64,000 nt of DNA from an uncultured delta proteobacterium (GTDB taxonomy: Bacteria; Desulfobacterota; WTBG01; CAIYCZ01; CAIRTM01), in assembly GCA_963804955.1 (NCBI GenBank), contig CAWDSQ010000035.1:1-64000 (forward strand), given 5' to 3'. How positions within the stretch are numbered: the stretch's first letter is position 1; every line of letters starts with the position of its first letter. Below, piece by piece: positions 10,302 through 19,675 of the stretch. Both the position numbers and the translations under genes were made by a program. A model generated the notes under the pieces. The model was not told the DNA's origin and ran no database searches. It saw only the letters and a list, made by a program, of their open reading frames with translations.

Positions 10302-11059
10302 CCATGGACCCGCAAAGCGACCGGTTCATCCGCAATAAAATGTTTTTCGGCCTTGAGGGCTTCCACAAGCTGCAGGAGAGTTTCGTGGCCGTGGTGGGGC
10401 TCGGGGGCGTTGGGTCCTATGCCGCAGAGGCGCTTGCGCGGGCGGGCATTGGACGGCTGCGTATCATTGATTGCGACAAGGTGAAGCCTTCGGATATCAA
10501 TCGCCAGCTCATCGCGCTTTCCACCACCGTAGGCATGCCCAAGGCTCAGGCTGCGGCAGACCGCCTTGCCGCCATCAACCCGCAGCTCAGGCTTGAGCCG
10601 GTGCAGGCCTTTTTTCATTTTGACACTGCCGGGGAGCTTATCACCGGTGATATCGATTTTGTCATCGACGCCATCGACAGCCTGAATCCGAAGGGCCAGC
10701 TCATTCGCCACTGCCTGGAAAAAAATATTCCTATGATCTCGGCCCTTGGCGCTTCCAGCAGAACAGATCCTTTTCAAGTACAGCTGACCTGCTTGAACAA
10801 AACCGTCAACTGCCCGCTTGCCCGGGCATTGCGGCGGCATCTGCGCACCAAAGGCATCAGGGACGATGTGCCGGTCATCTATTCTCCCGAGCCTCCCGGC
10901 CGGTCGCGCCTGCCCGCGCCTGAGCCCATGGTCGAGTCAACCGACGCCTATATCCGCGGCAGGCTCAGGCGGTCGCTGCCCAGCATCCCGACGCTGCCGG
11001 GCATCGTCGGGCTCATGGCGGCGAATTATGTCATGTTCGAGCTGCAGAAAAGAGGATAG
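10298..11059 (+). CDS. tcdA: tRNA threonylcarbamoyladenosine dehydratase (ThiF/E1-like)
   Basis: GLGGVGS..AEALARAG, NRQLIAL..TVG..K, DAIDS, CPLAR.LRR.LR. Confidence 0.85.
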   Translation: MTMDPQSDRFIRNKMFFGLEGFHKLQESFVAVVGLGGVGSYAAEALARAGIGRLRIIDCDKVKPSDINRQLIALSTTVGMPKAQAAADRLAAINPQLRLEPVQAFFHFDTAGELITGDIDFVIDAIDSLNPKGQLIRHCLEKNIPMISALGASSRTDPFQVQLTCLNKTVNCPLARALRRHLRTKGIRDDVPVIYSPEPPGRSRLPAPEPMVESTDAYIRGRLRRSLPSIPTLPGIVGLMAANYVMFELQKRG

Positions 11060-11844
11060 TCCAGACAATTATTAAGACAAAATCAAAGCTATGGCATTAA
11101 CCAGGAAGTCGAGGGTTTAAAAGCTTAACAATGTACGAAAATATCGTTATAGCAAGTGCTTGGCGATTTGCCAGAGCCTAAACTAACCCATAGATTCTAT
11201 TAACGAAGCAAAATTTTTAGCCCCTTACGAAACGGTCGGGTGCGCACAAAAGCAGCCGTTCAGGTTTACATAACAACAACCCATATTAGAGGTGCCCGCT
11301 GCACCGCAAGATTTCTAATCACGGACGCACATTTTTTGTCCGGCACAGCAACTGATGATTTCAAATGTGAAGGCCCACTAGAAGCTTATGGCGGGAAACC
11401 GGGGGGCTTGCTTCCGGGGCGAAGGCTGCCGCACCAGAGACAGTATGTCTGCCGGCATGACGGAAGTATCAACTGCTGCCATGGGCGATCTGATCGCACA
11501 GCGTATGTAGGGCGTGTCTCATTCAGTTGAGTTCGCAGCACAGAAGTCGATGCCTCTTCCGAATAATTTTTTGAACCAGGACAAGTGATCGGGCATTTAT
11601 TTAGGCAGAAAACAGAGGGCACATACATTAACCGATAGCTAAATTCAAATACGTGAGGTTTTTTGTCTCCTCGTTATTTCGATTGCTCTGTTTTAAGCTT
11701 TTCTCTATACTCTGTTGAAAAATCAACAGCTCGTCTCCAGACTGTGCCGCTTTCTTTGATCGTGCGGGGAGCAGTTTTAAATAATGAGGCTGAAGCAGTG
11801 CTCGAGCGCGAAATCATCTTTTGTTAATAAAACCGTCTGCCACT

Positions 11845-12358
11845 ATGCATAGTTTAAAAAAAACACAAAACATTATATTCATACTTTTGGTGGGTTTTTA
11901 TTTTGCGTATGCGGCAAGAGTACTGATCAATGAGGCCCGTCTGTGCGTTGGTCAGTATAAAGCGATGAGGGGATTCAGTCCGGATCAAAAAAGACATGCT
12001 TTGCTGGGCGATATAGTGGTCTTTGCCGATATATGCAAAAAAATTATCCCTGAAAATGGCCGTGCTCTGCTGCTCATCAACCTTCCAAGCAGACCGAATA
12101 ACGACGATTTCCAGCTGAACTATTATATATATCCTCGCAAAGCTCTATTGGCTACACCAGGAGAACGCCTACCCGGACGACATACCGGTCTTGAACCGCA
12201 ATGATTATTGCGCATTACAGCAGCAGGATATAAACTGGATAATCTATATGTATTCTGCGCCGTTCACGATGCGCAAAATAGTGCGGCTGGAAAAATGCGG
12301 CACTGCCGCTTCCTACACTATCGATATGGAAAAGGGTCAGTATGTTCGCGACAGGTAA
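11845..12358 (+). CDS. Hypothetical membrane-anchored protein (frameshift near 12140)
   Basis: N-terminal TM; YYIYPRK continues in another frame as LYWLHQENAYP...QYVRDR to TAA 12358, overlapping the next start. Confidence 0.55.
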
Positions 12359-13817
12359 ACTCATATACCTGGCTGTAGTCATTTTTTGTGCGGGCGATCT
12401 TCTGAGCGCTCTGCTTTTCAAAAAAACCTTCAGGGAAAATCGGGCTCTGCGTTTTGCCCTGGCCTATGGCCTGGGAGTCGGCACGGTGACTCTGCTGCTG
12501 TTTTATCTTTCCTGTGCCGGGGTACGGCTGACGTTCGGCAGTGTTGTACTGTGTACCGTGCCGGTTATTCCATTATGCTTGTATTATTGTTTGATGAAGT
12601 ATCCCGTTGCTTCTGCCTGTATGCGTGCCGAAAAAAATAATATCGGCAGTCTATACCGGTATATAAGCGCCTTCTGTATTGTGTGTATTGTATCGGCCGT
12701 GGCAATTGTTTTTTTTCGAGCGCTTTTTTTGCCGATGCATCTGCCTGATGATATGGTGCAGTGGTGCATACGGGCAAAAATAATTTTTCATACCTCGACC
12801 GTCTTTGCCGATGATTTTATTGAGCACTACAGGGTGATGTATCACGCCAACTACCCCGTCATGATACCCCTGCTTGAAAGCCTTGTTTTTATGGCCCTCG
12901 GCGAAGCAGACGATATTCTTGTAAAAATCCCCTTCCCTGTCTTTTTTGCAGCTTTGCTGGCCTTTTTCTATGCAGCGCAGCGGCGATTTGCCCCGCATCG
13001 CCACGCTCTGCTTTTTACGGCAATGCTTGCCGTTGTGCCGATTTTTATACAGGACGGCAGAGGCAACCCGGCATCGGGTTATGCCGATGTGCCGCTCAGT
13101 TTCTTTTATTTTATTGCAGTTGTTTCGCTGCTTCAGTGGATGGAGTCCCGTGGCCGCAATGATTTATTCCTTGCAATGCTGGCCATAAGCTTCGCAATCT
13201 TCACCAAAAAAGAGGGTACTGTCCTGTGGCTCATGTTGACAGGTTTTGCCTCGCTTTTGACGATCTTAAAAGACAGACGGGTTTCCAGGGATATTGTTCT
13301 GCTTCTCTCCTGTTTCGGCCTGGTGCCGATGCTGATCAATCTGCCGTGGACATATATTAAGACATTTTTGCTGCCTGTCTCAACATGGGAGCAGGATTTC
13401 AGTTTGGCAAATTTAACGCTTGGTTTTATTTCGGAAAAGCTGTTCAGGCTGCCGGTGCTGTTCTCTTCACTCTGGCGCACCATGTTTTCATTGAACAGCT
13501 ACAATGTTGTCTGGATTCTGTTTTTTTTCAGCATTGTGCTGGCATGGCGCAGGGCCATTGCGATTCCGCACATGCTTTTGCCTGCTTTGGTTCTAGCCAA
13601 TGTCGGGTCGGTTTTTGCCGCTTCTTTTTTATATCCGCACTGGTGGTGGGGTAATTTCCCGGGCGATATGCCCCGCTTGCTGATGTTCAACACACCCTTG
13701 CTGGTATACTTTATATCGCAGCAGGCGCATACTGCGAAAATCATAAGCGCAGCAGATGACGAGCATCCCGGAGCCTGTCCGGCGGGAGATAAAGCGGGCG
13801 GCAGCCATATGCCTTGA
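12342..13817 (+). CDS. GT-C fold (PMT/ArnT-like) integral membrane glycosyltransferase
   Basis: About 11 TM segments; DD..QW..RAK, H..YP...P, GYADVPL, TK.EG motifs. Confidence 0.7.
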   Translation: MFATGKLIYLAVVIFCAGDLLSALLFKKTFRENRALRFALAYGLGVGTVTLLLFYLSCAGVRLTFGSVVLCTVPVIPLCLYYCLMKYPVASACMRAEKNNIGSLYRYISAFCIVCIVSAVAIVFFRALFLPMHLPDDMVQWCIRAKIIFHTSTVFADDFIEHYRVMYHANYPVMIPLLESLVFMALGEADDILVKIPFPVFFAALLAFFYAAQRRFAPHRHALLFTAMLAVVPIFIQDGRGNPASGYADVPLSFFYFIAVVSLLQWMESRGRNDLFLAMLAISFAIFTKKEGTVLWLMLTGFASLLTILKDRRVSRDIVLLLSCFGLVPMLINLPWTYIKTFLLPVSTWEQDFSLANLTLGFISEKLFRLPVLFSSLWRTMFSLNSYNVVWILFFFSIVLAWRRAIAIPHMLLPALVLANVGSVFAASFLYPHWWWGNFPGDMPRLLMFNTPLLVYFISQQAHTAKIISAADDEHPGACPAGDKAGGSHMP

Positions 13818-14035
13818 GAGCAGCAGGCCAAAACCCGATGGTGGCAGGGGGAAGAGCTTGTCGCCGCGCACTATGCGGCAAGACCAGTGTGGGAGCAGCC
13901 TGCGACAGAGATGTAAAAATGCTTGTGGCGGCGCGCGCTATTTGCTATTTGTGTAAGGTGTGTAAAGTGATTCTGCAGAACAGAATGCGTACGATTGTCC
14001 TGTCTGCCGCCAATTTTTTTTAATAGAAATGCACG

Positions 14036-14830
14036 ATGAATAACAACAATCAAAGCAACACCCCGCATATAATCGTGGTCATGCCTGCGTACAATGCCGC
14101 ACTGACCCTGGAAAAGACATTGCGCGATATACCGGAAGGGAGCGTCGATGAGATAATACTTGTCGATGATGCCAGCACCGATGCTACCGTTGAAATTGCG
14201 CGCGGGCTGGGAATCACCGTCATGTGCCATGATAAAAACAGCGGCTATGGCGCCAATCAAAAAACATGTTATGACGAAGCCCTGAAAAGACAGGCTGATA
14301 TCGTCCTCATGATTCACCCTGATTATCAATATGACGCCCGCATCGTCCCGTATGTTGCCGGCTTTTTAAAGACAGGAATCTGCGATGTGGTGCTTGGTTC
14401 CCGCATCAGAACACGCCGGGAAACCCTTGAGTGCGGCATGCCGGTTTACAAGTATATCTGCAACCGCTTTTTGACGCTGATTGAGAATACCGTTTTAGGC
14501 CAGAACCTGGGCGATTTTCATTCGGGCTTCAGAGCCTATACGCGCCGTGTTCTAGAAACCATCCCCTATCATGAAAATTCGGACGATTTTGTTTTCGATA
14601 CGGAGTTTCTGGCACAGGCGGCCTTTTTCGGCCTTCGTATCGGCGACGTGCCGATTCCAACCCGATATTTTGAAGAAGCATCTTCAATTAATTTTTCGCG
14701 CAGCTTTACCTACGGGATGCAGACCCTGCTGGTCATGCTCAAGTATGTGCTCCAGAAAACCGGCCTGATGAAATTCAGTATTTTCAGCGCTGCCTCGCCA
14801 CAACATGCCAGCCGGTCCGCCTCAGTGTAA
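14036..14830 (+). CDS. GT2 family glycosyltransferase (polyprenol-phosphate glycosyltransferase-like)
   Basis: [39 protein letters not shown]. Confidence 0.9.
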   Translation: MNNNNQSNTPHIIVVMPAYNAALTLEKTLRDIPEGSVDEIILVDDASTDATVEIARGLGITVMCHDKNSGYGANQKTCYDEALKRQADIVLMIHPDYQYDARIVPYVAGFLKTGICDVVLGSRIRTRRETLECGMPVYKYICNRFLTLIENTVLGQNLGDFHSGFRAYTRRVLETIPYHENSDDFVFDTEFLAQAAFFGLRIGDVPIPTRYFEEASSINFSRSFTYGMQTLLVMLKYVLQKTGLMKFSIFSAASPQHASRSASV

Positions 14831-14869
14831 TAACCCGGCAGGGTTGCGTACCAGCCAGCCTTTCTCTCT

Positions 14870-15091
14870 TTATCCGCAGCTGCCGCATTTTTTTGAGCGG
14901 CAGCCGGCGCAGCTCTTCCCGGATGACGCCGCTGCTTTGGAAGACCCCGGGCTTTTAACGCTGAAGGCTGACATAAGCCGCGTAACATCAGCTTTTTTGC
15001 ACCTGGGGCATCGCACCTCAGCGTCGCGGCTCAAAACAAGCTCCTCAAACTTTTTTTTACATGTGTTACAGCGAAATTCATACATGGGCAT
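14870..15091 (-). CDS. FmdB family zinc-ribbon protein
   Basis: MPMYEFRC..C...FE.....CP.C, C-terminal CxxC...CxxC. Confidence 0.88.
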   Translation of the reverse strand: MPMYEFRCNTCKKKFEELVLSRDAEVRCPRCKKADVTRLMSAFSVKSPGSSKAAASSGKSCAGCRSKKCGSCG

Positions 15092-15236
15092 GGTCGTGCG
15101 TACTCCTAAACATGGGTGAGCGTATTCTCTCTGCTGCCGCAGCTGTCAAAAGCTGTACAAAAAAGCTTCCCTCCTGTCCTGCCGTACTCCATAAAATCTT
15201 CTAAGGTCATGCGTGACTACTGACGATTATATATTT

Positions 15237-16340
15237 TTACGGCACCTCAATCGCACGGCCCCAGTCGGGCACGAGAAACCGCGAACCCCGCATGGCTGCC
15301 TTTTCAATTCCGGCCCTGAGGGCTTCAGCGGCTTCATGCTGGCCGTCATCGCCAAGGGGAAATGTGCCGAAATGCATGGCAATGCTGGTTCTGGCTTTGA
15401 GTTCAAAATGCGCCTTGAGAGCATCTTCCGGCCCCATGTGCCCGGGCCACATGAACCATTCGGGCTTATATGCCCCAATGGGCAGAAATGCAAGTCTCAG
15501 GGGGCCGAACCGCCGGGCGATTTCTTGAAAGTGCTCACCGTACCCCGTATCGCCCGCAAAATAGATGGGCCCTGCCGTGCTTTCCAAAATAAAGCCGCCC
15601 CAGAGAGTTTTATAGCTGTCGCGCATGCCGCGGCCTGAAAAATGCTGCGCAGGCACACAGGTAATGCGCATCCCTCCCGGCAGAGCCGTCTGCTGCCACC
15701 AGTCAAGCTCGGTCACATTGTCATAGCCTGCTTGTTTGATCTGAGGCTTATTCCCGAGCGTCGTCACCACCTGCGGCCGGTTGGATCGGGCGAGCTTGCG
15801 CAGGGTGGGCAGATCCAGATGATCATAGTGATTATGGCTTATGAGAATCAGGTCTATGGGCGGCAGATCTTCAAGCCTGAGCCCCGGCGCCTGCACGCGC
15901 CTCGGGCCGGCGAATGAGACCGGGCTAGCACGCTCCGACCAGAGAGGGTCGGTAAGGATATTCACCCCGTCTGCCTGAATAAGAAACGTGCAGTGCCCCA
16001 CGGGTGTCACCAGCAGCTGTCCGTTTGCAACCCGATCCGGAGGCCTGTGCCCCGACCCGTTATCCGTAACATGCTCCTGCCAGGAGCCGCGGTTGCGGTT
16101 GGTGACCCAGGTGAGAAAAGTTTTAAAATCGTGCTGGGCTCTGCGGTTCTGATTATAGAAGCGCGCTCCGTCAAAATGTTCCGACACCGGGCCTGAATAG
16201 CCGGGCCCGGAGAATACGAAACTGCCGCCGTACAGACAGGTAAAAAAAATACCGCAAGCAAGAAGAACTGTTGTCATATTCGTAACGAAGCCTTTTTGGC
16301 TGTTAATCTGGCTGCTTATAGGGTTTTGCACCTGCTGCAT
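15237..16340 (-). CDS. MBL-fold metallo-hydrolase (RomA/NAPE-PLD-like)
   Basis: SHNHYDHLD, PAQHFSGR, YFAGDTGY, LPIGAY, MHFGTF; start may be 16277. Confidence 0.88.
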   Translation of the reverse strand: MQQVQNPISSQINSQKGFVTNMTTVLLACGIFFTCLYGGSFVFSGPGYSGPVSEHFDGARFYNQNRRAQHDFKTFLTWVTNRNRGSWQEHVTDNGSGHRPPDRVANGQLLVTPVGHCTFLIQADGVNILTDPLWSERASPVSFAGPRRVQAPGLRLEDLPPIDLILISHNHYDHLDLPTLRKLARSNRPQVVTTLGNKPQIKQAGYDNVTELDWWQQTALPGGMRITCVPAQHFSGRGMRDSYKTLWGGFILESTAGPIYFAGDTGYGEHFQEIARRFGPLRLAFLPIGAYKPEWFMWPGHMGPEDALKAHFELKARTSIAMHFGTFPLGDDGQHEAAEALRAGIEKAAMRGSRFLVPDWGRAIEVP

Positions 16341-16590
16341 ACATCCCTGCGTCTTTTTATAATTGCTTCACCAGCACAAAAATGTCAAGCTTCAGACAAA
16401 AACTTTGCTCGTGCCGGGACTTGACAGCCCTGTTTTTTAAGCTCACAATATAGGTACTAAAGGCGCAGCGCTCACCTCTGCCTCGGCATGCAGTTCTGCC
16501 TTCTTCAGGGCAGATGAAAAGCTGACGGGTTGCATGTTTTTTTGTGGCGTGGATGGGCTGAATACAGTATAAAAAAACGGACGGGTCAAC

Positions 16591-16971
16591 GTGGGACTGA
16601 TGTCGTTTGAGGAAATGAAGGAGCGGTACGAAAAGGGCGAAGAATCCCTTGAGCTGGCTCTTGAAAAATGGCAGAGGATACTGGATGACAGCCGTACGGT
16701 TTTCCACCTGTCACATTTTCAGCAGCTGCTGAAGGCGGCGATCGTACCGCTTTTGCTGTGCGTCGAGTATGAGAACCAGTGCCATATGTGCCCGATTTTT
16801 TCAGTGTGCAAGCGGGGGTATTCAGAGGAATGGAACTGCCTGCTGCGCATCATTCAGGCATATGCAATTGCAGGCGACTTGCTGCCCCTGGAGCCCTATG
16901 TGGGGCAGCTTGAATCCTTTATGAAAAAACTGCGGATGTGCCGCGACGAGCTGTATATGAAAGCAAACTGA
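16591..16971 (+). CDS. Hypothetical Cys-motif protein
   Basis: 126-aa ORF with C-x6-CxxC-x5-C, plausible codon usage. Confidence 0.65.
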   Translation: MGLMSFEEMKERYEKGEESLELALEKWQRILDDSRTVFHLSHFQQLLKAAIVPLLLCVEYENQCHMCPIFSVCKRGYSEEWNCLLRIIQAYAIAGDLLPLEPYVGQLESFMKKLRMCRDELYMKAN

Positions 16972-16988
16972 TAGAAGGATGGCACTAT

Positions 16989-17168
16989 ATGGCAAGCGCT
17001 TATTATAATGCATCACTGAGCAAAGATGAAGATGACGAACTGGATATGCTTTTTAAAACTTTTGACAGCCAGTTTCAGGACCTTCAGCAGAAATTCACAG
17101 ACCTGGAGCGCAATCTGCAAGACATGCGCAGAGAAAAACCCCTTGAAGAAGAAGACAACACGCATTGA
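16989..17168 (+). CDS. Small acidic coiled-coil hypothetical protein (59 aa)
   Basis: ATG after AAGGA, 17 bp downstream of the previous gene; heptad pattern. Confidence 0.55.
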   Translation: MASAYYNASLSKDEDDELDMLFKTFDSQFQDLQQKFTDLERNLQDMRREKPLEEEDNTH

Positions 17169-17265
17169 TTGTTCGGTATGCGTTCAATTGTCTCCCGCCC
17201 GCCCCGGCCCATGGTTATGATTCCGAGCCGCCTACGGTTGTCCGAATGCAACTCCCTCCTGTCTA

Positions 17266-17433
17266 TTAAAACAAAAACGGCATGAGGATGAATGCAGTCT
17301 GCAGCGCTGTAAAGTCAACCCCCTTGAGCAGTTCACTGTAGTTGGTGCCCATGATCAAAAAATTCACCGCAGCGATCTGCAGCCCTGCCGCAGCCAGTAA
17401 AGCGCCAACCAGAATATTTAATGTTTTTTCCAT
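17266..17433 (-). CDS. Small hydrophobic protein, 55 aa (MEKTLNILVGALLAAAGLQIAAVNFLIMGTNYSELLKGVDFTALQTAFILMPFLF)
   Basis: Strong SD AAGGAGG 7 nt before the ATG; below the ORF-track cutoff. Confidence 0.7.
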   Translation of the reverse strand: MEKTLNILVGALLAAAGLQIAAVNFLIMGTNYSELLKGVDFTALQTAFILMPFLF

Positions 17434-17484
17434 GTCCAATCCTCCTTGCGTTTTTCCATGTTGCGCCCGGAGCTTTTTCCGAGC

Positions 17485-19003
17485 TTACACAGGAAGTATA
17501 GCTTTTTGATTCTGACAGAGGGCTGACGCACAGATTACATTTTGGTAATGTTCTCCAGGGTGGACTGCGGGAAAAATGAGCGTCACCGTGGTGCCTTCAG
17601 TCGGCGCGCTTGCAATTTTGATGCTGCCGCCATGAAGGTCCATGATGGATCTGACGATGGCCAGCCCCAGGCCCGTGCCGCGCGAGACAAGTTTTTTTGC
17701 GGCGCTGCCCCGATAAAAGCGGCTGAAAATATGGTCGATATCAGCGGCGGCAATGCCCACGCCGGTATCAGCCACGGTTATGGTGGTTTCTCCCAGCGTG
17801 TTCTGCGCAAGGCTTATCGTCACGCGGCCTCCTGCAGGGGTATAGCGGAAGGCGTTTGACAGCACATTGGTCATAATGCGGCGAAACAGCACAGGATCGG
17901 CATTAAGGCGGGCAGATCCATTCAGGGTGACGGAGATATTCTTTTCATCAATATAGGCGTCATAATAATCAAGCACGGCCGAAATCTCCCTGTCTGCTGA
18001 AAATTCGGCCCGCAGGATCGCTATGTCGGTGCTTTCGGCCTTGGCGATGAACAGCAGACTCTCGATCATGTGAGAGAGGTGCTCATACTCCTCGAGGCTC
18101 GACTCGATGATCTGGCGGTACTCGTCGGCTGAACGCGCCTTTGACAGTGCCACCTCTGCCTCGCCCCGCAAATTATTGATGGGCGTGCGCAGCTCATGAG
18201 CAAGGTCGGTTGAAAAGCGTGTCAGGCGGTTGAAGGAATCCTCAAGCCGCTCGAGCATATCGTTAAACGAAGCGGCAAAAACGGTAAGCTCGCGGGGCAG
18301 CCTGCTCGCATCGAGCCGCTTGCTGAGCCGGGTGGCCCGCACGCCCTGGAGCGTTCGGGTGAGCAGGCGCATGGGCCGCATGGACCGGCGCGCGATCCAG
18401 AAGCCGACCGCGCCGCAGATGAGAATGCCCGCTATGACCACAAGCTCGACCTTAATGCGATAGCGCCGCAGTATGCCGGCCTCATGCGACAGGTCAAGGG
18501 CGGCCTGGATGCGCCAGCGCCTGCCGCCGGGATTGCCGTCATCAGCCCAGGCGCTCATGAGATAGCAGGAGGCGCCGTCGGCAAGGCGCATTTTTTTTCC
18601 TGTTTCCGGCAGCCTGTCTGCTGAAACCGGCTCGGGAAACAAATCGGCAGCAGGGGAAAATATGGCGTTTTTTGTCTGGGCAATAACCGCGTCTTTTTCA
18701 TCCAGCACGCGGATATAAAAGCGGATGAACTGAAAATCACCCTGCAGCTGTATTTCGCGCTGCACCTCGGCCGCATCATCGGGGTTTGCCTGAAGAACGC
18801 TGCGCACAACCTGTATTTTTTTTATCAGGTACAGGCGGTCCTCTTCCTCAAGGCTCAAAACCAGCGCATAGTACAGGTAGCTGATGGTGGTAAGCAGTAT
18901 GACCAGAGCCGCCACGATGTTAAAGACTATCAGCCGCCGCGTTATCGAGTACGCCCCGCTTCAGCTGGGGCTGCTCGTCATTCGTCGCGCTCTTCCAGAA
19001 CAT
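17485..19003 (-). CDS. Heavy-metal sensor histidine kinase (CusS/CzcS-like), frameshift near 18955
   Basis: Two TMs, [17 protein letters not shown]-box, N/G boxes; N-terminus MFWKS... in a shifted frame overlapping the regulator. Confidence 0.85.
17495..17549 (-). promoter_or_regulatory. OmpR/CusR-type binding array plus -10 element
   Basis: ATTACCAAAATGTAAT palindrome followed by GTCAG, GTCAG at 11-bp period, then TATACT. Confidence 0.6.
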
Positions 19004-19656
19004 AGCCCACTCCCCGGACGGTATGGATAAGTTTCTTTTCAAACGGGTCATCCACCTTGGTGCGCAGCCTGCGGATGGCCACATCCACCACATTGGTGTC
19101 GCTGTCGAAATTGATGTCCCAGATCTGTTCGGCAATCAGGGTCCGGGAAAGAACCTGCCCCGAGCGCTGCAGGAGCAGGCTCAGGAGCATGAATTCTTTC
19201 TGTGTGAGCTCGATAACAGTGCCTGCCCGTGTCACCTTGTGGGCCAGCAGGTCAAGCTCAAGGTCGGCGATGACAAGCATCTCCTGCTTTTTTTGAGGGC
19301 CCCGCCGGATGATGACCCGTATGCGGGCCAAAAGCTCCGAAAAGGCAAAGGGCTTCACAAGATAGTCGTCTGCGCCGAGCTCAAGGCCCTTCACGCGGTC
19401 CTGCACCTTGTCGCGCGCGGTCAGAAACAGCACAGGCGTCATATTGCTCTGGCTGCGCAGCTGGCTGAGTATGGTCCATCCGTCCACCTCGGGCAGCATG
19501 ACATCAAGAATAATCAGGTCATACTGCATGGTGCAGGGCATAGTGCAGCCCGTCGTCGCCGGAGCTTGCCACGTCGACCACAAACCCGCTTTCAGACAGG
19601 CCTTTCTTCAGATAGGCGGCTGTTTTCTGTTCGTCTTCGACAACAAGTATGCGCAT
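18978..19656 (-). CDS. Heavy-metal response regulator (CusR/CzcR-like), frameshift near 19530
   Basis: [45 protein letters not shown]. Confidence 0.9.
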
Positions 19657-19675
19657 GGTGTATCCTGCCGTGATA

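Noticed and set aside
18961..18963. In-frame TGA recoding (selenocysteine) at the kinase N-terminus
   Set aside because: Better explained by a one-base indel joining the MFWKS... frame; no Cys-equivalent context.
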